Below, piece by piece: positions 1 to 14,499 of a stretch of DNA of 64,000 nt. Made by a program: the position numbers and the translations under genes. The DNA is from Camelus dromedarius (Eukaryota): the NCBI RefSeq assembly GCF_036321535.1, contig NC_087437.1:83578001-83642000 (forward strand), in the 5' to 3' direction. How positions within the stretch are numbered: the first letter of the stretch is position 1; each line of letters starts with the position of its first letter. Below the pieces are notes generated by a model, which did no database searches, was not told the DNA's origin, and saw only the letters and a list, made by a program, of their open reading frames with translations.

Positions 1-3000
1 CACTGTGCTCCTCAAAAGTGTGAGAACAAAGTGATGATCCCCGAAGCATTTCAACAAGGATGCAAGGGTAGTTTAGAAATGCTAAGCTCTTTGTTCTGAG
101 AAGTCCACCAGAGGGATAAACTTCTGTATATATCTTAGAGCACAGTATTTACTATGTGGCAGGTGGCCCAGGAATATTAAGACAGCTGTCAACATCAAGG
201 AAAGCACCAGCCCATGAAAAGCAAGCAGATGGATTGGGGCACTTCACTAGCTGCCTCCTAGAATAATAGCTGTGCGTGGCCAAATGAGACAGTGTCATGC
301 TGCCCAGGGCAGCAAAAAGCTATTACTGGGTATAAGCACCCAATTAGTAGGTGGGGCGGGGGAATATCCTCCCCTTTCCTTTGTATAGCTCAGGTTTTCA
401 TTAAGAACCACAACAGCAAATAAGAAAGGGGGAAAAATGATGTTAGCATTTCTCATTCTGTTACATTCTGATTATCATGGTGTGCAACACAGGGAAATGC
501 CTCAGTCTTGCTGCTTCAATGAGAGCAGATGGTGAAATTTTAAGTAATTGGTTATTCAGACTTCTACGGGATGTGTGAAGTTTTATTGAATTATTTGTCT
601 GGTTTTTATTTCCAGAACATGTGGATATTGATATCTTTTAAACACACATCTTTTAATGCTTAAATTAAGATGTGTTAGTTAGTCTGACCTAAATTATTTA
701 CTCTTTTCTTCCCTTGATATAATGATGATACTTATGAAGAAAAATGAATGCTTTACAAAATCAGAATACTAACAATCAAATATTTACTTCCTAATCAGTG
801 TAAAATTTGCTAATAACAAACCATTGTATTCTAAAGAGTATAATAGAAGAAGGATTTCTCTGGCAAACATAGGTTATAAAATGTATTCCAAAATAGTTAT
901 TCATACCAGTTCAGTTTGATGTCTTTTGCTTGAGTCAAATGCTATCTAAAATATAAAGTCATATGTAGAATATTAACTTTGGGATTAATACAGCTTCATA
1001 TGCATGACACAGATAATGGCTCAGAATAATCACTATTATATGAGGAACCTAGTTCCTATATTCTGTTTTCCCAAAATAATCGATCTGAGTACATAAGCTA
1101 TGCACTGTATTGTACATATCTGATATACAATTTTAAATGGATTTATTCTAAAAAGAACGTTGTTTATAAATTTCTGGACTGCACTATATTAAATGTTGAT
1201 TGTAAATTTTATTTATTAGGGCTCATGAAACAAACCTTTAGAGTAAAAAGTAACCGCTTTGTGAATTGGCTTTCCTTTTTTCTTATTTGGAAGTTTTAGA
1301 ACAGACGTGTCCCAGAATTCTGAGTTCTCTTACTATGGACACGTTGTTCCCAGTTTGATTTGCTGCAAATGGTTTAAAAACAAGGCACAGAGGCAGCTGT
1401 TATTGTGAGCAAATGTTTTGATTAGAGAGAGAAAGCAGCTGGAAATGATACCTGCTGTCATATAAAATGAGCCACAGTTTTCACATGGGGCCTTTACCTA
1501 ATTTAAAATTGAGATTAGCATTATTTCCTTAACATGAATTTTCTTTGTATAGAATGGAAGTCTATTTACTTTGTTTATAATCTGGGGTGATGAAGTACTG
1601 AATACAGTGCCGAAAATAAACTTGACATACTTATTTATGGAAATTTTACATGGTCCATTATGAAATAATAACATTAGCCAATGTTCACAAAATTTCATTT
1701 AAAAATATTGCTAAATGTAGTAGTAGCAAAAAACCCATATGGGGCTTATAAAATCAAGTGCTACTAGAGGATATAGTTTGATTTTTCAGAAATGTAGCAA
1801 GTATATTTCTCAATGACCCCACTTTAATTTTGAAAAAAATTTGTAAAAATACATCAAACTAACTTAACTGGTTTTGCAAATAATACAAAAGCAGCCTACA
1901 TCAAATATTTCCATCAGTCTATGTTAGCAACTGAATTCCCTCTTCACCTCTTCCAAATTTTCATTGATAAAGAGAAAAAAGGAGTTACCTATGAAAAAGG
2001 GTAAAACAGAAGACAAAAAGTTGCAATAGGAATATTTTGACTCTAATATCGAAGTAAAATGATAATTCTTGAAATTGATTTCATATTAACAACCATTTTT
2101 AAGTTTTATTCATTTCTGCATTCTATTTTCCTTTCAGCTCCACAAATAAGCACTTCTAGGGGGTCAGTTTCCATCATAAGTCACTTGGTTTACTTCTACT
2201 ACAGGTAAATGTATTGACATACTACTATACTCATAGCAGTATTGTATCAAGTCTGGAAGACAATTAAATGAGCCAATTGTTTTTATGTACCTTACATAAA
2301 AACACCTGGTATTAAGTAACTTCAAATTGATGATTCTACTTCCATCTGGTTCAACAGGAACTCCACTTCAAATGATCAGTCATGCACATCATCAAATAAA
2401 GAAGCGGACCACATCACAGTACAGAATTTGTCTCTATAAAACTATCAACCACATGCAGACTGAGGGAATGGAAATTAACTTATTCATTTAAAATTCTGCC
2501 ATTTTCATTCTAGTTCTTCCTACCACTTAAGGACATTCTGTAGGTATATTTAGTCTCTGTACCTTAAATAAAACACAATTTAGCTTAGAAAAAAGGTATC
2601 TTTAAATGAAATTTAAGAAGTAGCTACTGGAAAAACTTTTCCTTAGTAGGTGAGGAAGGTAGTCAGAGAACTTTTTAAAAATAATGTATTTACTAAAAAA
2701 TTTATTAATCAGTTTACATTTCAGAAAAACAGACCAAAACAAAAAACAAGAAAGTGGAAAATTCTGAAAAAGATCTGGATTGAGCCTAAATAAAGATCAT
2801 TGACCTAGTAGTCATTCTTCTGGTGGTAGTTGCCTCAAACGTGATTAGGAAAGTTGGTGGGAAGAATGTATATTTTTTAAAAAAATTTTAAATGAAAAGT
2901 AATATCCCATCTACAAAGTTATTTTACGGCCTTCCACCGGTTCAAAAAACATTTATTAAATGTTTTCAGGCCCTATATTTGGTGATTGGAATACACAATG

Positions 3001-4109
3001 TGATCCATCCTCAAGAAACTCAGTCTCAAAGAAGGAAACGGAACTAAGTGACAGTTACCAGTTACAGCACAGTGTGATAAATATGAAGAGCAGGAAATAC
3101 ACACAAGGGAAAAAAGGGAGAAGAAAGCGCCAAACTGTATCACGTGAGCAGGCTGTGCTTGGGGTCAGGGATAGATTTCACAAATCAAGGTCCAGAAACA
3201 TGGCTCCGAAAGTTCAGCAATCACACCCAGGTAAAACACCTGTTGAAACAGAATTATATAAGAAATGTCACGCTTGTCAAAAAGCAATATCAAAGTCCTA
3301 TAGGAGTGCACACCATACTAGGCCAGCAATAGACACATAATTAATACGCTATCTGATTTGGTGAGGAGATATTGTAGCCAATGGGTGCTACTACATTGTG
3401 AGTCATCAAATTCTGTGTAACATAAGAATACTCAAGGGCTTTAGTATATTAATATGAAACTATCTTTATGAGAACTATTTGCTTCCTTCTTTAAAATAAC
3501 TGCATAATTAAAAAGTAAATGACAATGATGAAGTATGAGGAATATGCTAGTGGAGAAACTGCTGCACTGATCCTAACTCAACCTACATAATCTGAGTTTA
3601 TATCTGCCAATTACTGACTGAGACAGGTTAGACCAGTAAATCAGGCTGGGCAAGTCTTACTACCAAACAAATATCTAACTGAGGACCAAAATCTAGTGCA
3701 TACAAGAATCAAACAGTTGACACGTGTTTGGAATTATTGTATAAATTGCCTTTTTCATAGCTACGACCTTGAATACACTCTAACTTGTCAGTTTGCTATT
3801 ATTCCTATTGTGAAATCCACAGTTACCTGATCCATTTTTATGATCAGTAAAGTGTTTTTTCTCTGAAAACTGGCAGCAGTACCGTACTAATACTAGATCT
3901 ATAAATTTCAAGAAATCTGTAACTCATGTAATATATATATTCACATTTCCCATGTTTGCAAGCAGTTAATTTTTATATGTTATACAATTTCAGACTTTCT
4001 TTTTTGAAAATAACATAAGTCAAATCTACTGTATACTATTCTGGTCCCTCTTATGTAAAATGCCACTTGCCCTATATTACTATTTCATGTAAGATTATTT
4101 ATATCTAAA

Positions 4110-6520
4110 GATAATTTTTTATTTTGAAATTATTTCATACTTATTTAAAAATTACAATAGTACAAAGAATCTCTTTTATTCCCTGAATTCTCTGAAAGTA
4201 CATTGTCAAAATGATGTCCTATAACTCTGAATACACTGATGTATAACTTACAAATATGATCACTCTCCTAAAATCCTAAATAACCAAACACAACTCTCAA
4301 AATCAAGAAATTAGTGTTAATATATCCTACCATCTTATCCTCAGACCCCATTCACGTTTGCCAGTTGTCTCATTAATGTGCGTCACAGCATAGTTATCCA
4401 ACCCAGAATCACATATTACATTCAGTTGTCAAGTCTCTTTAGTCTTCTGCACTCTGTAGAATTGCCTCAGTCTCTCCTTTGCCTTCATGACTGTGACACT
4501 TTTAAATGTTACAGAGACAGCCCTCCATTTGTGTATGTCTAGTGTTTCCTTATGGTTAGAGTCAGGCTATGCATTTTTGGCACAAATATCACAAAAATAA
4601 TGTTAGGCTCTTCTTGTTGCTCATGCCCACGATTTCAGTTTGGCCCAGTACAGATGATATTTACTGGGATCACGTGATGAATTCCATTTAAATGTACTGG
4701 CTTTTTTAACATAACTCTCTACATTTTTTAAACAGTTGCTCTAGGGATTACAATACACATTCTTAATTAACACTGTCTAGTAGAATTAATATTGTATAAC
4801 TTCATGTAAAATGTAGGTTTTGAAACTGTAAATGTCTTTTATAAGCCATCCCATAGTTATACTGCAGTTGTCATGTCATTTGTATTAGATCTACATATAT
4901 TATAAAACCTGTAAGAATATGCTATGCTTTTTGCTTTAAACATGTACTTTGAGGACATTAAAGAAAAAAGTCTTTTATGTTTACCCAAATATTTACCATT
5001 TCATTAGTTTTTGTTGTATCCTTAAAATTAGTTCCTCTTTGGTATCACTTCCCTTCAGCCCAAAGAACATTTCTTATAGTAGTGCAGATGTGCTGATGAA
5101 ATATTTCCCTAGTCTTCTATTTTAGAATTCTGAATCAACATGTTTTTTCTCTCAATACTTTCAAGATATTGCACTACTGTTTCTGATAAGAAATCCACAG
5201 TAGTTTGTATCATTGTTACTTTGTACATAATGTTGATTTCCCAACACCCTTCCCTCCTGTTTCAGAGATTTTCCTTGGTTTTCAACAACTTGCAATGATA
5301 TACTTAGGTTTTTTTGTCTGTTTTGTATTAACTCTATTTGGGGAGTTCTAAGCTTTTGAATCTATTCATTCAATTTGGGAATTGTTCACCCATTATTTCT
5401 TCAAAAATATATTCTGTCCCATTCTCTTTTTCCTTTCCCTGTGGGACTCTATTACATATATTAAAGAACAAACAAACAAAAAAACAAAAAAACAACCTTT
5501 TGACATTATCCCACAATATCCTGAAGTTCTGATCATTTAAAAAAATATTTCTTGCTCTCTTCTTCAGATGAAACATTTTCTATTGATCTGTATCTTCAAG
5601 TTTACTGCTTATTTTCTGTCATTTTCATTCTATTATTAGGTCTATGATTTTTTTTAATATCAGAGGTTGTATTTTTCTGTTCTAGAATTTCATTTATTTT
5701 ATTTTTATATATTCTATTTTTCTACTGAAGTTCTTATCTTTTCATTTGTTATAAGAATGTTTTCCTTTACCTCATTGAGCTGCATTATTATAGCTGCCTT
5801 AAAGTCCTTATCTGATCATCCAATTTGAGTCCTCTCAGTGTTGGCCTCCGTTATCTTTTTCCTTGAAAATGGGTCACAGTTTTCTGGTTGCTCATGTGAA
5901 GTAATTTTAGATTATCTCTTAGGCATTTTGAATGTTATGCTGAGGGAATTGATTCCAAAGAGTGTTGCCATTTCTGTTTTACAGGGACATTAATTTGGTT
6001 AAACTCAAACTGCAAACTTGACCTTGCTCACTGAAGGCATCAGGTCAAATCTCAGTTAATTATTTTAGCCTTAGCTGAAAGCTGCTTTGAGTTTGCCCTG
6101 TTTGTTCATGGTTTGAGGCTCAGCCGGAGACAGGAAAGTTTGTTCTTAGAATTTTAGACTCCTAGTCTCTGGAGCACTCCTTTACTGAGTGCTCCTCCCT
6201 TTACTTTGCAGTGGTTTTGGTTGTGCCGTGGTCCGTACTCTTTTTTTACGGCCAAAAATATGGCAGGTTTTCTGTCAGAGTTTTAACCACCCCATGCTGT
6301 GACTGTGGCCTGTCCTCAGGCTAAAAGCCTCCAAATGTGAAAATCACCCCATGCCAGTGCCTCTTTCTAAGTTTCAATTCTCCTCCAAAATATGCCTGCT
6401 CCTGTTCATTCTCAAGAACCTTCAGGTAGCTGGATTTTTTTGTTGTTGGTCAGCATTTATAGTTAACTGTAGGAAGGTTGGTCTATTAGAAACTTACTCC
6501 TACAATACAAGAAGCAGAAT
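4110..6520 (-). mobile_element. Ancient L1 (L1M-type) fragments: 3' end plus ORF1/5' region
   Basis: T-rich plus strand. Minus ORF 5370..5576 contains an L1 ORF1 remnant (LWDNVKR...EEIMGEQFPN). Confidence 0.7.
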
Positions 6521-6764
6521 TCAGTCTAAACCTAAAAAGATCACACACTACTAACCCAGTACCTCATGGTTAGAAGTTTAAGAGTATCTTTAGGAATAGA
6601 AGTTAAATGAACATATTAAAAATAGTTCATCACTGAATAATTTAATATTTTATTTAGATTAACATAATCAAATATTAATCTTCACTAATATTACAATTTA
6701 ATTTCTTTATTATGCTCCCCCAAATCTGTGGACCAGGGCAAATATTACATATAATATTAACTTG

Positions 6765-7500
6765 TTTTTATTCATTCAACAAATGTGGGCACAATATATA
6801 CCATGCAGTGTCCGAGGCACTTGGAATGTAGTGTGTGAATAAATTCCCTGCACTTGCGGAATTTATATTCTAGTGTGAAAGACCAACAATGAGTAAATTA
6901 ACATATATAATGATATTAGGTCATGATAAGGTGTTTTAAAGAAGATATAGCAGTAGAAGAGAATTGAGGAGGGTGCATTTGCTAGTTTGAATATGATAGT
7001 CAGAGATGACAAGTCTGAGGAAGTGAATGAAATGAGAGAATGAGGCATGCAAGGATCCAGGGAAAGGCATTCTAGGTAGAGGAAAGAGCAAATGCAGTGG
7101 TCTTGAGATGAGGAAGAGCTTGGCTCATTTGAGGAGTAAGATGAAGTGCAGTAATTTTTGGCAAAGGAGACTAAAGATATAGCCAAAATAAGTTAGGTAG
7201 GACCCTCGTAAGCCCTGGTAAGTTTTGGATTTTATTTTACATGTAATGAGAATCTGTTGGAAGGTTAAGAATAGGAAAGTGATATGTTTTATTTTTTAAA
7301 AAGAAAAATGACACTAGTTGCTGTGAAGAGGGAACACTGATGTTGAGGTAGAGTGGAAGCAGAGAGACTAAGAAGTGAATTTAGAGGTTCAGATAGGAGT
7401 TTATAGTGGCGTGGACCAGGGAAATACTGGTGGAGGTGGTGTGAGGTCAGATTCTGGATTTTTGGTGATGGATTGTAAGAGGGAGATGAGAGAAGAAATT
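6765..7500 (-). mobile_element. L2 fragment
   Basis: Begins ttcattcaacaaatg (reverse of the L2 3' tail) and has a characteristic L2 body (gggaaaggcattctaggtagaggaaagagcaaatgc). Confidence 0.7.
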
Positions 7501-9052
7501 ATATCTCTTCTTCATATTTTAACAGTTTTCAATTTGATTATTGACTTTGGTATAATGAATCATAATTTGTGTTAGTATCATTGTTATTTTATTTTGCTAT
7601 CAATGAACCCATTTTAATCACTGATACCTTATTTTGACTGGCGAAATGAACTCATGCAAGTTGGTACATATAAAGATAGGACTGTCCTACTATACTTATT
7701 TGCAAAGTGAATGGAATATTGATTATAAGGGACAAGTTCTTTTGGTTTTGGCATATTTATATAACTGTGATTACTCAATTATCCCACTTTTCTTTACTTA
7801 CCTTACTGTAAATTTTAGAATAGGGTACAAGATGATGCCATTTGGCCTTCATCTAACAGCAAAAAATGAAACTGATTAACAGTACTGTTGAAATATAGCC
7901 ATCCATCCCAGATTTCCAAAATGTGCATATATGAAACAAAAAGCACCAAGCTTTAAACATTTTGGAGACCTCATTAACAACTGAAAACATATTATCTTAG
8001 TATTTTTTCAGAGAATGAATGTTCTCTGAAACTTTAGGGTGTCCCTTGAATTAATCAGTTAGTCCTAAATCTGCCTTGATTCAAACATACATACCTACAT
8101 ATGTGTTTACATAGGTATCTACACACACCAAGTTGTCAAAAACAGTGAAAGAATAAGAAACAATTCAATGCTGCTGTTTGCTATCTGTCTCCAGTTCTTA
8201 GTTCTAAAGCTTCTAAAAAGCTTAGTTTACCATGGCTGGTCAAGTCCCTAGAAAAATATCCCTCAGTGTCCCAAATTCCGATTGTTTGCCTCAAAAATCT
8301 GGTTTTACAATAGTGTTTTCTATTTCTAGTAGTGAGAATCACCGAATAGCAAAATCAGGATCAGAAGACAAGAGAATACATGAATCAAAGCCATCTAGGC
8401 ATTCAAGGCCTAGAATCTCTTTCAAAGCTATGGTACTTTATTTCTTTTAAAGAGCTTTTGGTTTCATTGATTTTCTCTATCGTTTTCTCAATGTCACTGG
8501 TTTCTAACCTTATCTTTATTATTTCTTTCCATCTGTTTGCCTTAGGTTTAACCTTCTCTTTTTCAGTTTTCTTAACACAGAAGTATAGATTATTAAGTCA
8601 TTTTGTTCTAATTTAATGCTGTATATTTAATGGTATACATCTCCCTTTGAGTGCTGTTAGTTGCATCCCACAAATTTTAATGTGGTGCATTTTTATTTTT
8701 GTTTTGTTACAAATATTTTCTAGTTTCCCTTGAATCATCCTCTTTGAACTGTAGATTATGCAGAACTGTGTTTAATTTCTAAGTGTTTGGAGATGTTTAA
8801 ATGTGTCGTTGACTTACACTTTAATTCCTTCATGATTAGAGAACATACTTTGCAGTTTCAATTGTCTTAAATCTATTAAGGTTTGTTTTATGACTTAGGA
8901 TATGGTCTATCTTGGTGACTATTCTGCTTACACTTGAAAAAGTACTATTCTGATGTTATTGGATTGCTTGTTCCATAAATGTCATTTCAATCTAGCAGTT
9001 TGATGATATTAATATCCTTGCTGATCATCTGTCTGTAATTCTATCAATTATT

Positions 9053-9055
<3 letters not shown>

Positions 9056-9083
<28 letters not shown>
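9056..9083. repeat. (TA)n microsatellite
   Basis: Directly visible. Confidence 0.95.
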
Positions 9084-11712
9084 GACCTATTTCCGTACAG
9101 TCATTATTTTCCTCTGTATTTTGAATCATTCAATGTATTTTGAAGATTTTTTAGGTGACTGCACATTTAAAATTGTTATCTTTTTGGTAACTTTACCCTT
9201 TATCATTATGTAATGCCCGTCTTTGTTCTTGATAATTTTCTTTGCTCAGAAATCTACCTGGTCTTATATTAATATAGTCATTCCCCCTTTCTTTTGATTA
9301 GTCTTGCATAGTAATCTTTTCTTACCTATATCATTGTATTTAAACGGGATTACTTGCAGTTAACTCATTCATCTCTTGGTGCATTCATTTATTGAGAAAA
9401 CTGCCCGGCACTAGACACAGCAGTGAATAAAACAAAAATTGTGCTCTCTCTTGGAGCTTGCATTTTAGTTGCGAGAGGGGTTATAGACTATACCTTAGTG
9501 AGCAAATATAGTTTGGTAATGCTTTTATCCATTCAGTTTCTTTCTTTTAATCGGTATGTGTATCTTTACACTTAGTAACATTGGTATGTTTAGATTTAGG
9601 TCTACAATTATATGTTTTGTTTGTTCCCTCCACACTTAGTTGCTCTCCGTCCCCTTTTGTGCCTTCTTTTGGATCATCTGAACATATTTCAGTATTTCAT
9701 TTAAACTCACTTACGTTTTTGACTGTTTCTTTGTATAGTCTTTTAGTGGCTTCTTTGGATATTACAATAAACACACTTTTCACAGTCTAATTAGAAAAAT
9801 ATTTTTCTACTTCAAGAGTAGAAAAACACCATATTTAACCTTTATTCTCCCCCTTTATTTTGTAGTTGTATTATATATTACATCTACACACATGGAGACA
9901 TAACACAATGTTTTCAACTGTCAAATACGTTTTAAAGAACACAAAATGTTCTTTAAGTTTCCTTCTGCTATGATTTCCCTCCCGTTTGAAGAACTTCCTT
10001 TAGCAATTCTTTTAGAGCAGACTTGATGGCAATAAATGCTCTTGTTCTTCTTATCCTGACAGTGTCTTTATTTCACTTTCATTCTTAAAGGATATTTTTT
10101 GCTGGATATATTATTCTGGATTGAGTTCTTTTTTAAAAAGCACTTTGAAAACGGTGTGCCACTTCTTTATGACCTCAATGATCTCTGATGAGCTATCAGT
10201 GGTTATCTGAATGGCTGTTTCCCTGTAAGTAATGTGTAATTTTCCCCAGCTGCTTTCAAGCTGAGCTTCTGAAATCTGTACACCATGCCCATCACCAAAT
10301 TTGGGAGGTTTCCCGCTATTATTACTTCAAATACCTTTTATGCTCTTTACTCTCTCCTCTCCTTCTGGGATACTGATTACATGATACAGACTTTTTGACA
10401 TTGACCCACAGGTCATGAAGGCTCTGTTTATTTTTGTTATTCAGTATTTTTGCTATTATTCAGATTGAGTAATTTCCATTAATCTGCTTCAAGTTCATGG
10501 AGTCTTCCCTCTGTCATTTTCATTCTTTAATTGAACTCATCTAGTTTTCATTCAAGTTATTGTTACCTTTCAGTTTTAAAATTTTCATTAATCTGTCGTA
10601 TCTTCTAAGACTTTCTATCTCCCCATTTGCTTCAAGAGTATTCACCCTTACTTTGAGCATTTTTATAACAACTGTTTTAAGGTCTTTGTTAGATAGCTCC
10701 AATATCTGTGTCACGTTGGTATTGACATCCGTCTTTTCTCTGCCATGTGAGTTTTCCATGGGCTTTGTATACTCAGTAATTTGGGATTGTATCCTGGGTA
10801 TTCTGAATGCTATGAGAGTCTGATTCTTTTTTTTAATTCTGTGGAGATTGTTGATAATTTTGCTTTAGCAGGCCTTCATCTTGGTTGAATTGAGGCTAAA
10901 AGTTCCAACCAGCCATGAGGGAGTTGTAATTTCAATGTTATTTCTGTTTTCAAAAACCTTTATAGTTTTATTCTAGGCCATGTGTGAGCCACCCAGCGGC
11001 CAATCTTGGATTTGGGTCATAGTTGAGTTGTTAAATTTGTACGCTATTTAGGCTCAGATTGACACTGAGGGCAAGACTAAGAGTTCATAAACAACTTTAT
11101 GGGGTTGCTTTGCCAATCTTCTTCCTCTCCCAACCTCCTCCATACTTTCTAGTTCCTGGGGCTCCCTTTTTTATCTTCCAGCTAGAAAGCTGGGGCTTTA
11201 TGTACCCTGCTCTGTAATATACTTCCTATGAAAATGTCCCTGTCTGGGGCCAAGCAATGGGAAGACAGAGAGAACAAAAGCAATGGGATTTACCACATCC
11301 TCTTGGGACCAAAGCTCCTCTGATTGCAGAATGAGGTTCCTATTCCTCAGAATTTTAGGGTCTGTGGGTTCTCCACTGCTACTGCTGCTATTGGTGCTGC
11401 TGCTGACACCCTCAGATTGCTGGGCAGCTGGTGCACAAGAAAACAGAAAAAGAAAATGGAGTATTTCCTTAATTTTTGCTGATCATTAGATTTTCTTCCC
11501 ATTCTTTGAGCCAAAATTAGAGAATTTCTCTGGAGCTCTGTCTGCACAGACTCCCAATTCTGGGTTTTAAGTAGCCTTAAGCCAAGTAGAGAGGCTACCA
11601 AAGGAGAAAAATGGGCAAACTCACTGCTGGTCTTGTGGCATGTTAAATTCTGGTCTTCTTTAATCTGTTATTTACTTCTCAGAGTCCTCAAGTAGCTGGT
11701 CCATGCATTTAA

Positions 11713-11810
11713 GTTTTTTTTTTTTTTTTAAATGGAGGTACTGGGGATTGAACCCAGGACCTCGTGTATACTAAGCATGCACTCTAAGACTGAGCTATAT
11801 ACCCTTCCCT
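11713..11810 (-). mobile_element. tRNA-derived SINE (vic-1-like, camelid) with poly(A) tail and 16-bp TSD
   Basis: Minus strand GGGAAGGGTATATAGCTCAG...GGTTCAATCCCCAGTACCTCCA then an A-tail; A- and B-boxes present. TSD TGGTCCATGCATTTAA at 11697-11712 and 11811-11826. Confidence 0.9.
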
Positions 11811-14169
11811 TGGTCCATGCATTTAAATGGCGAGTCTGTGCAGGTATTGTGGTTGCATTCAGTGGGGGAGGTAGGGCAGAGTGTGCTTATCCCAACTTAC
11901 CCAGAGCCAGAACTTCCAAGGTAGCTTTTGGTCAACTATCATATGCTCACTTGAGGGTGACTTTTATGTACTTAAAAATCCTAGGGCATCAGGATGTGGA
12001 TAGTAGGGTAGGCTATGCATTATGTGGGGCAGTAGTATGTAGAAAATCTCTATCTTCGGCTCAGTTTTGCTGTGAACTTAAATTTGCTCTAAAGTCTATT
12101 TTAAAAATGAAGAAAAAAAAATCCTAGGAAAAATCTGATAAAAATTTGAGAACATTGTTGGATATAGCCTGGGTACTCAGAAAGCACTGCTGTGGCAGAG
12201 AGATTTCTGTATTACTTTATTAGGAAGTAAAGTCACAGAAAAGGAGAATGAAGCAGGTTAGGAGAGTAGCAATATGAGGAGGTGTTATTGAGTTGGCTGC
12301 AGCTAAGTATGACTAATTGTTAGAATCAGAGGAATCATCCCACAAGCTATATATAGTGAGTCTCAAGACTGTCCATGATTGAGGGAAGAATTTATTCATT
12401 AGCTCTTATCTTCCACTTGTCAATGGTTTCCGTGCTGGGTTACGTCTGATTTGGAATGGTAGTGGTGGGGGCATAGGGACAAAAAGTAGGAAGCTCCAAA
12501 ATAGGAAATGAGAGATGCGGGGCATTGTCAAGTTGCACCAACATACAGTTGTCTGGAACCTACAGCCATTTTGTAGGCCCAAGGCAGCTGAATGTTAGTA
12601 CTTTCATATAGGTCACCTGGAAACTTCTGAATGGCTTAATTCTTCAGTAACTGTCAAAGAAATTAATACCAAAGCATCTACAACCTAGCCTGGCCCCAAA
12701 AGAGTCTATGGTTAAAAATATGACCAAGATACACTGTAGTTCCATGCATCAAACCAAGCCAGTAATCTGAGAGATTTCTTAACTTTTAAGATATATCGTT
12801 TCAGACAAAATTTGTGAGCCATTTCATATTCTCCCAGACTCAACATCTCTTGTTTCAGCTGCCACTGCTTGTACAGAGACCAATACATCCTTTTAATCAG
12901 CAAACAAAGCATTAACATTTAAAAAACAGTCCTGTGTTAGATGTATTTCAAATTAGAGAAACAAATTTTAACATTAGTGAGATACTATATTGATATAGGG
13001 TCTTGGAAATTTTTAAATTTGCTCTCAAAAAATCTTGTCCTGCTATGCATAAATGAAATAAAATTATTCACAGTATTGGGGTTTTACAATGTAAAAAGGG
13101 ATAGTAAGTGATATTTTGTGAATCTATAAATTAAACTCACTGAATTAGTGAACAGGATTTAAGACACTAATAATCCCACATCTGAAGAATGCAGTAAAAT
13201 CTCTATCAAACAGACAATGAAGTTTCCTGAAATGGCAAGAGCTTATGTATCACATTTAAGAGTATCACAAAACAAACAAAAAAACTCCTACAACATGGTT
13301 AAGAATAATGTATCTTGCAAGGTGTTTCTATAAACCTGCCCCCAAAAGCCCTGGGGAAAAAGTCAGTGATCACTAAAATGAGTGAAGTGTGAGCTTTCAG
13401 TGACTTTTAGGATGGTGCATTCTGACACATACACTATACTGAGCCTAAGAAAATAGAGCTTAAATGTGAAATTGGCTTTAACTCCAACATTAACGGTTAC
13501 ACTTAACTGGAGGAAATGTAAACCTATTTCAGTGATATTTTATTATAACATTATGATATTTCATTAAATACTTGGAAGAATTGATAAATATTTCCAAGAG
13601 AGAATAAGAAAGAGAAAAAGAGGAAGAGAGACTGATTTCTAGGCCTTGGCATTTATGAATATATGCTATTTCACCAGTCAAATAGCAAAAATTCAGAACA
13701 CTAAGGCAAAATCATGAAATATTTGTAATTAAGAAAATATTTTTAGCTATAGTTGTTACTTGTGGTTATTTAACTTAAAATGCATACCCACAAATTGAAT
13801 TATAAATGTTTCCACATTTTACCACATTTCAAGACTATCAACACTAGTTATCATTTACCTCAAAATACTGGTAAAACTCACTGAGAAATCTGGTAGTCCA
13901 AGCCTGATGCCTGGAGATAATCTGTGTGTGATTACACTCTAAGACATGAACATGTCTGATGTTTCAGAATCTGCCCCATCTGTTGCCACCCATTTAAACA
14001 AAAGGAAGGAAAAGGGCTGAGACATTGATCTAACTGGGGGAAAAAAAGGACTTCAAAAAGCATTACTTTTCAGCCATTTGCATCTGATTTTTTATCTTTA
14101 ATTATTTAAGAAAGTAATTTCAAATTATTCTATTCCATTTAAAAATAATGTTTACCTTTTTGAGAAACT

Positions 14170-14270
14170 TTGTAGAGGTTAAGAACACAAATTCTGGAGC
14201 CAGATAGTTTAGACTCAAAATCCGGGGTCCTGTGTTTATTTGCAGTGTGACTGTAGGCAAGTTATTTAAG
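14170..14270 (+). mobile_element. MIR fragment
   Basis: ggttaagaacacaaattctggagccaga...tgtgactgtaggcaagttattta resembles the MIR consensus. Confidence 0.6.
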
Positions 14271-14499
14271 TTTAAGAGTGGCATTAAAATCTAGTGATCA
14301 GAGAGAAGAGGCACTAATGGTCCTGAGGCAGTCCCTTGCAGACCCCAGAAGGAACATCGTTAATGAGAAAGATTCACTTTAAAAATGTAATAACTAAGTT
14401 ACTTGAAACATTTAATTAAACACAATAACCATTTCTCAACCATTACAGTATTTCTTTCTGGCCCCAGAAATGAAAAAACCTATTTTAACATCCATTTAA

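Larger units (their letters stand above)
8450..11930 (-). mobile_element. Old L1 (5' UTR, ORF1, start of ORF2), interrupted by a SINE, a (TA)n and an L2-like piece
   Basis: Minus ORF 10541..10759 resembles the L1 ORF1 N-terminus (TQILELSNKDLKTVVIKML); antisense EN-like sequence at 8450-9350. Confidence 0.75.

Noticed and set aside
2960..3340. 126-aa plus-strand ORF
   Set aside because: No recognisable domain, promoter or splice context; a length compatible with chance.
1..3900. Possible start of the downstream neighbour (CRYBG3 by synteny)
   Set aside because: No CpG island or recognisable coding exon; it probably lies outside the window.
11732..12127. 131-aa ORF, or a tRNA gene
   Set aside because: The ORF starts in the antisense of the SINE. 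The tRNA-like body has a poly(A) tail, a TSD and a mutated A-box, so it is a SINE.
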